Shown here in pieces: positions 36,501 through 45,700 of a stretch of 64,000 nucleotides of DNA. Each line of letters starts with the position of its first letter. The stretch's first letter is position 1. The notes below the pieces were generated by a model. That model saw only the letters and a program-made list of their open reading frames with translations, was not told the DNA's origin and searched no databases. This stretch comes from a virus. Its lineage: Duplodnaviria > Caudoviricetes. The stretch lies in IMG/VR virus record IMGVR_UViG_3300027969_000040; one strand, written 5' to 3'. The position numbers and the translations under genes were made by a program.

Positions 36501-37831
36501 ATTAGATTTATACCATTACTTCCACTATACGCACCTTGGTTAGCATCACCAGGGGCTCCGCCGCGTCCTCCAAATAAACCGCCACCACCGCCGCCGCCGC
36601 CTGCACCTACATATTGACTAGTATACCCGTCGCCACCGTTATTGCTAGACGACATGACCCACCCGTCCTGTTCTTTTCCTGCGCCTAATCCTTCATTGCC
36701 GCCACCGCCGCCGCCTGCACCACCAGAGGCAATTAATTTAACTGTGTTATTAATTAATAAAACTGATGCCCCACCCCCACCACCACCAGTACCGGCAACT
36801 GTTTGAGGTCCGCTGCCGCCACCTGTGCCGCCAGCCAGTCCAGATATTGGAACAAATAAATTATATGACATAACATACAAATTATCATCTCCATTTAATA
36901 CCCCTTTATATTGCCCGGGAAGGAATAGTCCTCGACTAGGCGCAATAGAATCCATGTATCTTACAATTCCATTTATTACAATTATCCATAGAATAGCATT
37001 ATACGGGTCCTGGCTTGATACGGCATTTTTAACAAACCAGCCGTTGCCGTCTGTCAATGATTCTGGACTACTAGTTATAGTTGCTAACAAATTTGAAAAA
37101 TAACTAGCACCAGTTCCGAGCCCACCCGGGCCACCAATTCTGTTTATACCAGTACTTCCTTCTTTGCCACCACCGCCTATATAAACTTTTAACATGTCTC
37201 CGGGAGTCACAGGCAACATGCCAGATACAATTTGTCCAGGATACCCAATATATCCAGGATACAACCCGTCGCCGCCTTTGCCACCGCCAGCACCTGTGAT
37301 TGTAACTTCCAATTGATAAATTCCAGCTGGCACTGTCCAATCATAGCTACCTGCACCTGTTCTATATAATGAATCTGCTAGTCCAAAATCTGAAGTTTGT
37401 GTAGTTCCTCTATTCGTCAAGTACAAGATTGTTCCGTCTTTAACTCTAGTAGTGGTCACAGTATAGGTAATTGTATCTCCTTCATCGACTACAATTTTAT
37501 CTGGTGCAATAGCATACGTAGGAGGATCAATTATTTCAATTATTTTAGTAACCGCTGGAGAAACTCCTGTTAATGTTACTGTTAACGGTTCGGTTGATTC
37601 TGGTAAAAAATCATTTCTAATCTTTATTACCAATTGTAAATAGCCAGGTTCGTTTGGCCCAACAATAAAATTACCAGTTAAACTAGTAGGAGTTTTTCCA
37701 TTTATAGAATTTATGTCATTTAATGTTATGCCTGCGCCAGAAATTACATATGGTATAACCGACCCGTCGGGTTTATTAGTTTTCAATGTAACTATTACAT
37801 TTTTTCCATTTTCAAAAATTTGGTAAACCAA
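33530..37831 (-). CDS. Multidomain virion protein (~1433 aa): Calx-beta/Ig-like repeats, glycine-rich domain, LamG
   Basis: Three Y-x-I-x-P...EGD-x-I-x-Y...T...GT-x-LY repeats; DNFTIEWW LamG core. TTG at 37831, 6 nt after GGAG, is preferred over the track start 37843. Confidence 0.8.
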   Translation of the reverse strand: MVYQIFENGKNVIVTLKTNKPDGSVIPYVISGAGITLNDINSINGKTPTSLTGNFIVGPNEPGYLQLVIKIRNDFLPESTEPLTVTLTGVSPAVTKIIEIIDPPTYAIAPDKIVVDEGDTITYTVTTTRVKDGTILYLTNRGTTQTSDFGLADSLYRTGAGSYDWTVPAGIYQLEVTITGAGGGKGGDGLYPGYIGYPGQIVSGMLPVTPGDMLKVYIGGGGKEGSTGINRIGGPGGLGTGASYFSNLLATITSSPESLTDGNGWFVKNAVSSQDPYNAILWIIVINGIVRYMDSIAPSRGLFLPGQYKGVLNGDDNLYVMSYNLFVPISGLAGGTGGGSGPQTVAGTGGGGGGASVLLINNTVKLIASGGAGGGGGGNEGLGAGKEQDGWVMSSSNNGGDGYTSQYVGAGGGGGGGGLFGGRGGAPGDANQGAYSGSNGINLIPATALNFLTSYSDNGGRAGGLSTAIPGGSLSFNNHSNYLNMPYSTAFEFDEDNFTIEWWWYLLEPFDSASGPGIGQKVDNTKNGWVIYRDPLNNPDKLTIRLGLITDYHATVSPTSNAWEHWAVVRDGTTLSWYCNGVNCGTYTNVNTNIISEAASNGQKPDMYIGYASYWGYYVQNSHISNLRIVKGVAVYIGDFEKPTGPLTSTQGANPYGGINTQAIPLSTSTSLLLISQTSLLYTLDSSINNFNINKNNNNGIVDYNINTPVSYSSIGNTNEFGAGGSGSFQFKWTVPNPNQDSITIVNNLATFIRTATADKLTEGAETLTMEVRTKSVNGPVVATANRVIVYDKSKTVKTYSITPSVSYVAEGDFIDYRINTFNVPNGTVLYWRNYGTATSDDFTDSENAGVVVILNNVAAFTKTISKNYKPSRTVLLKLRTDNNTNGLIVAVSKSVTIFDNAVMQPPIYSIFPVASDRGSNLLKWWWTNRNGLVRSTSTTDLFNQNDIHAHAIAKYYPGDDYQVVNYDKFDNSPIIHSATFEFEQGYATDQTLIDNNINVWTVVTWVTSHTAFDLPAWVVEPRFDTQDYEKTYESPGHILKINHVIGANPPNESFASWRWADWDKNKKFHLGMIAASIAIPGRWDPSYYKSQPKSNTGTGTPQQKFKYEIGLGSLSIFLGEGNNSTSIFDNESKTKLTPSIRGGYHQSYNGGYYIDVNMLGRAIPIAYHSGDIISILESGQVIENPVGMFSQSHGMIMNLAERNGGALISTINEGDSVTYVIKTINVPNNTILYWTNDGTTNSGDFSNQINSGNFLIQNNQASFTVSLANDQFRDGTETIKINIRTQGDAGPIVATSATILINDSSQPQGRWAILWTSIFGDQLASVYGYYGQLPIATDSITQNLRAGAVYNSMIATNMFIQNLNKPGNTVVYKLVIVSSANLPLDTIAIDPSSGSVTGFCSKNTIIKISALYLNGDYFDSTITLPESLTIIS

Positions 37832-37846
37832 TTTTAACTCCAATTC

Positions 37847-40800
37847 TTATGTTATATTGCCAGCGATTATATTAACTTCTAGTTCATATACATAACTTAT
37901 TGATCCAATTACATTTATATAAACACTCTTAGGTGGTCCCATTTGCCCAGTCTGGGTTAATAATGTATAAGTAAAGGTATCTAACCCTTCATAGTCAGGA
38001 AATGGTACGTATGCAAAGTTTCTTCTATTATCAGTTATTCTGACATACCCATGCTGTGGTTGAGATAGCACTATAGGTTCTGAATACTTTCCAGGCCCTA
38101 CTCGTTGCATAATATGAGTATTATACAATTTTAAATTATTAGTATCTGTTGCCGTCTTTACTACCGGAGTTGCAAGGGGCCCACCGCTTTTAACAGGAAT
38201 AGGCGCACTGCCAGGAGTTGGTGTCATCCAAGACACGGGGGCATTAGGACCGCCTTGCGACCACCTGCCATGAGTAAAAGTCTTTTTAAAAGTTTGGTAA
38301 CTTTGTATATTTTGTATTGGTATAGTTAATGCATTGACCGAAACATCTGATGTTGTATCAGAAATAACAGTTATCATGCCTGACATAGCTTTACTAAAAA
38401 CAATTGTGTTTTTATTTACAAAATTATAACTATCAAAAGAATATTCATGCTTATCTGTATTGTAACTTGCATTTATCATTCTTGTACCATTAACAGGTGG
38501 CACATTTTTTATCATGTCATAAAATGGTGCTTTAATAGGTAAGACAACACCATTTGAATCTATTCTATTAGGACTTGGTGGATATATGTCAACTACAAAC
38601 GGTGTGCCATTTTGAGCAATATCAAAGTTTATCTCGCAATATGTATCATACATATCACACAATTTCTCTTTACCATGCTCATCTATGTTTTTAAGATTGT
38701 TAGCTGTCCTGGTGTTCCATATAGTCGAGCCTGCTACAGTTCTAACAGATGCTGCAAGCCCTTTTGCTATTATGTCCGTTGGGTTTTTAACATTAGCAGA
38801 ACTCCATATTACATCATTATGGTAATCGGTTAAACTTGCTGCTACTGCGGCAGAACTACCGGTTGTATCTGCTATAATTTTAATTATGTAGTCTCCCTCA
38901 TTGAGTAATTTTTCTGCTGTAAATATATTTGTAAAATTCTCTGTTTTTGATGTTTGATTGGTTTCCACTACTAATTCAAACTCAGCATTAAACTCAGTTC
39001 TTGACAAATATAAACTTCCTATATCATCTGCTGATAAATTAAAAGTATATTTTCCAGAATTTAATATAGTAATATACCACTTATACTCGCCAGGGCCGTC
39101 CCATACTCCAAAGTTATTAATTAATGTAGACCACTGGCCATTTACGGTTGTCGGCGACGAATAATATTCCGGAGCTCTAATTAATGTATTAGCAGTTTCT
39201 GCATAAATTTTTATATCATACCAACCGGGATCGTTTATAACATATGTAGTAGTTTCAATATTTTTATATTGGTACGATGGGGACCCACTGGTTTTTAATA
39301 CTTCTGTGATATCAGCATCAGACTGAATTCCAATATTTGATTTTAATTGCAAATTAGCAGATGTATCAGCAGACAAAGAAAATATATACTCATCTGCTTT
39401 AGGAAAAAATACTTGCCAATTGTAATATTTGTTTGACCAAGTTAAACTTGTAACAGGTTGATCAATAGTAAATGTAACATCATTCATTCCTTGCATTGAA
39501 TCGCCCACTCCAAACACTATAATAGAAGTACTAGTAAAAGAGTCAGGCACTGTAAATAATCCAGATTGTTCGTCATAATTACGATTAGTAACTATATTAT
39601 CTTCTAACAGGGCAACAATCATGGGTTCTGTACCATCACATAAATCTACTCTAGGACGATAAAATTGTAATCGTGTCGCATTATCATTACAGTAATACAG
39701 ATAAGTTCTATGTATACCTTGGGTGGAATTGAGTCCCCATTTTATATCACCGGTGCCAATAGTTCCGCCATTATTATCGCCAACTTTTCCTGTTGTAGTG
39801 TAATATCCAGAGTCTGGATGTTTACCAGTTGCTGTAGTTGTAGCAGGATAAACATGTCCCACAAAAAGATACCATTGATTTTGTGTTAATTGTGAAGTTA
39901 ATCGATAATCCCAATAAGGGTTAGGCTCTGCATCCCCTGTATCCATGCGACATGCACCACCATTATTGCCATACATGCCTAAATAAAAATAACCCCCAGC
40001 AGCAGTAGAAGTGCGCCGGACCCATACAGAAAACCTATATGTTTTAGTATTATCAATGTCAAACCACGGTGTCTCCCATCCCCCGTCTGCAAAGCCATCA
40101 GCCGACGGTCTTGTCTCCCATACTACATCAGTGTTGGCCCACGGATTGGCGCCAAGTACCCGCTCATTTTCATTTGTATTGCCGTTTTGATTATATCCTG
40201 GTATTGACCCGGAGCCAACTATCCATTCATTATAATTTATAATTGAGGTAGTGCCCCTACCTGGATAATTATTATGGTATAATACACCAGCCAATGGGAT
40301 AGTGGGAAGTTCCGATACAGTCCATATCCAATATCCAATTGTATAATTAAATTCTACTGTAAACTTACTTGACCATGTTATAATATCTCCGTATTCAACT
40401 TTTCTTATATTATTAATTGATGTTTGTATTCCAAAATTTACAAGGTCGTCTGCTGACACGTCATACCCAATTAATATCATATCCTCAGTTGATGTAGCAC
40501 CAATATCTATTGTAAAGTTTTTAAGTAATGGCACTACCCCTATATCATAGTAGACTGATGGTACAGATCCAATGGTATTGGCTAAATTCATATTTGAAAA
40601 AATCTGAGATGCAGTTCTGGCTTCATCCCAAATTCTAACATCAAAAATATAAGCATATAGTTGATTGGCTGCGGTTGCTGCACCTTCTCTGTTACCCAGT
40701 GTAACTGGATTGGCACTAGGTTGAGAAGTTCTATTTAAATATTGAGTTAAATTATTTTGTTGTACATCAATTACCCCATCTAAATATAATAAAAGTTCTG

Positions 40801-42739
40801 TTCCGTTAACTACCAATGCTACATGTGTTAATGTAGATAAAGGAATTGTTGCTGTAGTATATATTAGTCCTTTGCCGCCAGGAAGTGTCAAGTCCGACCC
40901 TTGATTCCAATCTAATGCAATTGATAGTTTCCCATCAGTTTCAATAAAAATTTCGTATTCGGTGTTTTTGCATATTACCACGCCGCCGCGTTTATCAACG
41001 GTACGATTTATCCAAAATTCAATAGTATAGTTGCTCGATGCATAAAATGCTAAATTTAATTTAGGCATACTATCAATTGATATATATCCTATTTTATCAT
41101 TATCGCCAAATAACATTGCAGGTGTTGCTTGTCCAACTGTTGTAAGTACAACCGATCCTATAATAGTCGGCGTTGATGCAGGTGATATTGTATCTAATAC
41201 GCTAGTAACCAGTGAGTCGACAATAAATCTTGCTAATAATTTTGGCATATTGGGTTGCAAAATTAATGTACCTGTTGCTATTCCTGCATTTGTTTTTGAA
41301 CCTTCTAATATTGTTGTCTTATAAGCAGGTGTATTTGTTATCTGCGCAGATATTGCATCATCCCATACGCCGTAAGCATTTAATAAAGAAGACCATTTAA
41401 ATTTTGGATTAGTAAATGGATATGCAAACGAAAACTCAGTTGTCCTTAAACCTAGTTGTGGGCTAGTAGATGCTGGGCGGCCATCGATGCATCCGTTATA
41501 AGCTTCAATACCATTGCCCTGGCCACATCCCGGGATTCCAACTAATGCATATGCTGATCGAAATTTAAATAAGGTAGAACTAAAAATGTTTTCACTTGCT
41601 CCACATCTATACATTGCTTCAGTTAATTCGGTAGTAAGTCTATTTGTTTTTGGTTCGTCTGAGGTTGTTATTACTATAATATAATCGCTAGAGGTTGCGT
41701 TTAATGCCTTAGCAAGATTTTTCGCTTCAGCTGGATTTCCATATATATCAAAATTTTTATTAAAAACCACTTTACCATCAGTGCGTCTGATACGTGATAA
41801 ATTATAACTACGGTGTGTATATACAAACGCTACATCTTTTTTTGAATCCCATAACCCAGCATCTAATTTTCCGTATATGTCCAATGCGCCGCGGGACACT
41901 GCTCTGAAAGACAGATTATCCCTATGATACACTTCTACCCATCTCTGAGAGTGTGGCACAAATGGTAATTCAATTAATTTTTCATTATCCAATAAAAATT
42001 TTTCTTGGTGTTCTTTTCTATACCATTTATAAGGTAAGTGTGGTTGACCGTATAATTTTATAATTGCAGAATTTATTTTACTCGTTAAACACAAATCTAC
42101 TAATTTGTAATAACCTAATTGTCTGGGATGTATGCCGTCAGGAAGTTCATTTAACCAATTTGGTATTCTATTAGCATCTGCAACCATATCTTTATACTTT
42201 GCTGCAACTTCGCGCATAACCTCTGCATAAGGATTAGTATCCCAAAATTTGCTAACAGTTGGTGTTTGCCAAATCATTATTTGATCCGACGTTAACCCTC
42301 TTCTTAAAGAAATTAAATTATTTCTATATTCGGTTAATGACACATTTTGTTTAGCATCATTAAGTCCATGATTTATTACTACAATATTTGCTTGTATGGC
42401 ATCAGGCCATGGCTCATTTACTCCATCTTTTCCTTGCAATAATTCTCCACTGGTACTATTTCCTTGGGATCTAGTGGTGACTATAAGTTTATGCTGTGGC
42501 ATTAACAAAGTTAATAATCTGGCCGGTGGCTCCGGCACTCTTGCAGTAATTTGATCATTTTTACTACAGACACCCATAGCTGGAACAAGTTCGTCGGGAT
42601 CTCTTCCGCACATAATACTATCACCAAATAACTCTATGTGTATGTAATCTCTAACCGTTGACGACACCGACGTAGTATTCATTGCTATGTCGTTAGTTTC
42701 AGGAACAATTACAAGATGATTTGATATCAGAGCAGCCAT
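37847..42739 (-). CDS. Multidomain virion protein (1630 aa): SGNH/GDSL esterase, ILEI-like, PA14-like x2, LamG/pentraxin-like, CBM-like
   Basis: GDS (block I), GxND (block III) and DGIHP (block V) motifs; FDIYG...NLAKAL...TSDEP...FRSAYALVG ILEI pattern; NYTIEFW...DVRIWDEART LamG pattern. Confidence 0.85.
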   Translation of the reverse strand: MAALISNHLVIVPETNDIAMNTTSVSSTVRDYIHIELFGDSIMCGRDPDELVPAMGVCSKNDQITARVPEPPARLLTLLMPQHKLIVTTRSQGNSTSGELLQGKDGVNEPWPDAIQANIVVINHGLNDAKQNVSLTEYRNNLISLRRGLTSDQIMIWQTPTVSKFWDTNPYAEVMREVAAKYKDMVADANRIPNWLNELPDGIHPRQLGYYKLVDLCLTSKINSAIIKLYGQPHLPYKWYRKEHQEKFLLDNEKLIELPFVPHSQRWVEVYHRDNLSFRAVSRGALDIYGKLDAGLWDSKKDVAFVYTHRSYNLSRIRRTDGKVVFNKNFDIYGNPAEAKNLAKALNATSSDYIIVITTSDEPKTNRLTTELTEAMYRCGASENIFSSTLFKFRSAYALVGIPGCGQGNGIEAYNGCIDGRPASTSPQLGLRTTEFSFAYPFTNPKFKWSSLLNAYGVWDDAISAQITNTPAYKTTILEGSKTNAGIATGTLILQPNMPKLLARFIVDSLVTSVLDTISPASTPTIIGSVVLTTVGQATPAMLFGDNDKIGYISIDSMPKLNLAFYASSNYTIEFWINRTVDKRGGVVICKNTEYEIFIETDGKLSIALDWNQGSDLTLPGGKGLIYTTATIPLSTLTHVALVVNGTELLLYLDGVIDVQQNNLTQYLNRTSQPSANPVTLGNREGAATAANQLYAYIFDVRIWDEARTASQIFSNMNLANTIGSVPSVYYDIGVVPLLKNFTIDIGATSTEDMILIGYDVSADDLVNFGIQTSINNIRKVEYGDIITWSSKFTVEFNYTIGYWIWTVSELPTIPLAGVLYHNNYPGRGTTSIINYNEWIVGSGSIPGYNQNGNTNENERVLGANPWANTDVVWETRPSADGFADGGWETPWFDIDNTKTYRFSVWVRRTSTAAGGYFYLGMYGNNGGACRMDTGDAEPNPYWDYRLTSQLTQNQWYLFVGHVYPATTTATGKHPDSGYYTTTGKVGDNNGGTIGTGDIKWGLNSTQGIHRTYLYYCNDNATRLQFYRPRVDLCDGTEPMIVALLEDNIVTNRNYDEQSGLFTVPDSFTSTSIIVFGVGDSMQGMNDVTFTIDQPVTSLTWSNKYYNWQVFFPKADEYIFSLSADTSANLQLKSNIGIQSDADITEVLKTSGSPSYQYKNIETTTYVINDPGWYDIKIYAETANTLIRAPEYYSSPTTVNGQWSTLINNFGVWDGPGEYKWYITILNSGKYTFNLSADDIGSLYLSRTEFNAEFELVVETNQTSKTENFTNIFTAEKLLNEGDYIIKIIADTTGSSAAVAASLTDYHNDVIWSSANVKNPTDIIAKGLAASVRTVAGSTIWNTRTANNLKNIDEHGKEKLCDMYDTYCEINFDIAQNGTPFVVDIYPPSPNRIDSNGVVLPIKAPFYDMIKNVPPVNGTRMINASYNTDKHEYSFDSYNFVNKNTIVFSKAMSGMITVISDTTSDVSVNALTIPIQNIQSYQTFKKTFTHGRWSQGGPNAPVSWMTPTPGSAPIPVKSGGPLATPVVKTATDTNNLKLYNTHIMQRVGPGKYSEPIVLSQPQHGYVRITDNRRNFAYVPFPDYEGLDTFTYTLLTQTGQMGPPKSVYINVIGSISYVYELEVNIIAGNIT

Positions 42740-42740
42740 G

Positions 42741-45700
42741 TTATCCCCCGCTTATATACCATGATGTTGGGAACAATCTTCCTTTTTTAGGTATACAGAA
42801 ATGACGTGTGTTAAAGTATATACGATAATTCCAATAATCGGTTCCAACTTTTACTACATCGGCACCTTTGTATTTACCCGCTTCTACAGATGCATCATAA
42901 CGTGTGCGGTAGGCAGCTGACACATAATTGTATTCCATGCTAAATGGTTTACCCAATGGACTAGTAGTCGGATCAACATATGTTGCCGTGTCACCTAGAT
43001 TTCCAAGAGCATATATTTTTATATAAGTAGAAAATGCACTAACTTCATCTAGCTCTTTAGTAGTATACATTATTTGTGTTTGGAATTCGGATATTAATGG
43101 TATTAATGATCGACGTTCAATATCAATCTCTGGTGTTATTTTTGGTAATAAAATTGTTTCAACATCAAGTCGATTTATTATTTTCGCATCCACTAATGGA
43201 TTTATTCTGATATCTATCTCTGGTATTATTTCTGTTAATATATTTGTTTCAATATCAAGTTGTGGTATTATTTCTGTTAATATATTTGTTTCTATGTCCA
43301 GTTGAGATGCCAATTCATCAGACGCAATAGTTTCCGAATTGTAAATTGGTGCTAAGTACTCAGCTGGTTGATTTTCAATATCATAATATGCCGTTAGGTC
43401 AACGATTGTTCCATAATTTTTAGTAGTCTGATATGGTAACAAGTCGGTGGTTGTTTGATTTTTCGAGTCGTGTGTTGATGTCAATGGTGTTAATAGTTTA
43501 AACGGATCTTCAATTTCCATTAACACATCCATACGTGGAATTAATTCAGTTGGTATATTTTCATTGTACGGTGGTAAATCAGTATGAGATATAGCTACTT
43601 TAGCTTCTGCTAGTGAATAAATTGCGTCTTTTAATACACTTTCCTTAGGATCGGCAGCCGATTTAAGAGTATCAAATAAATAGGTTTTGTTGTGCCTAAT
43701 AGGATCAATATATGTATATAACTCAACTTCTTTAGGGTCAGCATTGGCTACAATACTAGCATACAGTTCTGACTTATTTTTCATCACCGGCGAAATATCG
43801 CCTGTCATAATATCTCTATGTATAGTAATTGGAGTCAAATAGATAGATAAATTTGTAGCGTTTATTTTACTCGGCGGGAAAATTGCCCCAAATTGTGTTG
43901 TTGGATTTATAGTATTTGCATCATTTCTATAATGATTTTCGTTAATGTCTATTTCACGTTTAAACGGCATTCTATAATCCGGCAACTGGAAATCATTTTC
44001 GCGGTTATACGGCATTCTATAATCCGGCAACTGGAAATCATTTTCGCGGTTATACGGCATATTATAATTTGGCAATTGGAAATCATTTTCGCGGTTATAC
44101 GGCATATTATAATTTGGCAATTGGAAATCATTTTCGCGGTTATACGGCATATTATAATTCATTAATGTAACATTAGTTGGTAAATTTGAGACTGACCCTG
44201 AATGAAATTGTTGGCCACCTGGTAGCAAATTAATGTCGAATTTATCCGGACTAAAATCGTTTCCGCCACCGTCGCGGTTGATGTCAAATTGATCACTAAT
44301 GTTGTAAGTTGAAATAGTGTCAGCTTTTGCTTCAAACTCTGTGCTTGTATAATAAGTTATCGCAGCATCAGATTCGGTGAAAAAAGTATCATTTATATAA
44401 TAAGTTGCTATAGTACTAATTGTGTCCTTAAATCTTTGATTTTTATAATAAGTTGCTGTATTATCAATCTCTGGCTTAAATGTTTCACTTAAATTATAAC
44501 TAATATTGTAAGGTAACAATGGCTCGAAACTACCCAATTTAAGATAGCTAATATTGTAAGGTAACAATGGCTCGAAACTACCCAATTTAAGATAGCTAAT
44601 ATTGTAAGGTAACAATGGCTCGAAACCACCCAATTTAAGATAGCTAATATTGTAAGGTAACAATGGCTCGAAACCACCCAATTTAAGATAGCTAATATTG
44701 TAAGGTAACAATGGCATATAAGACCCTACACTCATATAACTAATACTATGAGGCAATACAAGATTTCCTTGTGTTAATTTTATATAACTAGAAGTTTTAG
44801 ATAATTCTGGAAAAACGTTTGCTGTCAGACGAGAACTAATACTATATAATTTAGTTGGAAAAACTTCAGAGAGACTCAGACTCAGTCTAGGCAATTTTGA
44901 AAAAGTCATTTGACCCATCCCAATGCTAGTATTTTGAAATTTAACATTATCAATTTTTGGTACATTAAGATAATTTAATGTTGCTAAGTGCTGTGGGGTT
45001 GACTTAATTTTAATATTTGTTGAACTTTCGGCCTCAAATTGTGTATCCATTTTGAATAATGGCGAAGAGTCAGAAACCAAGGTTGGCGCAATGTTACCTG
45101 TAACTAATTTTTCAGTAGGGGCAAGCCCTTCATTTACAATAACTTTATTTTGAAGACCCCAATTACCAATTGGTATATAAACTTTGCTTAATATTGTAGT
45201 GTCGGTTTTAACCTGATATAAAGTAACGTTACTTTCTACATAGTTTACTATTGTTCTTCTTAAAGAAATAATATCACCGGTTGACACATTAGTTGCATAT
45301 CTTCCTTTATCAACATTATTAATTATAATATTGGCATACGCTGTGTCTATATACAGGCCGCCGCCTGAAATAGCAGTAGTTGCTGTTAAAGTTATGTTTG
45401 ATGTAGAAAACAAGTCTCCTACATAACCCACTGAGCTATACAATGGGTCAATTGTGTATGTTAGTCCTCTAGCATATGGTTCAACTAATGTTCCAAAATC
45501 AATATAATTAAAAACTGGTCCGGAACCAGTTCTGACACTAATCCTGATTGCTCTGCTAGCAGTAGAAACTAGTATGTCATAAACATCGTATATACTAGAA
45601 GGAGTTAATATATTTTCAATTGTAATAATATCACCAGCACGTAAATTATAATAAGTTCCAGCAGGCAGTACTTGTCGAGTAATAGTAGGGGTTCTTGTTA

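Noticed and set aside
43964-44159. A-biased differences between repeat types (4 of 5 changes are A/G on the coding strand) as DGR mutagenesis
   Set aside because: These are ordinary transitions plus one T/A change; no reverse transcriptase, separate template repeat or C-terminal variable region is seen in the window.
43964-44715. 45- and 48-nt arrays as CRISPR arrays
   Set aside because: Units abut without unique spacers, lengths are multiples of three, they lie in frame in a CDS, and no cas genes are present.
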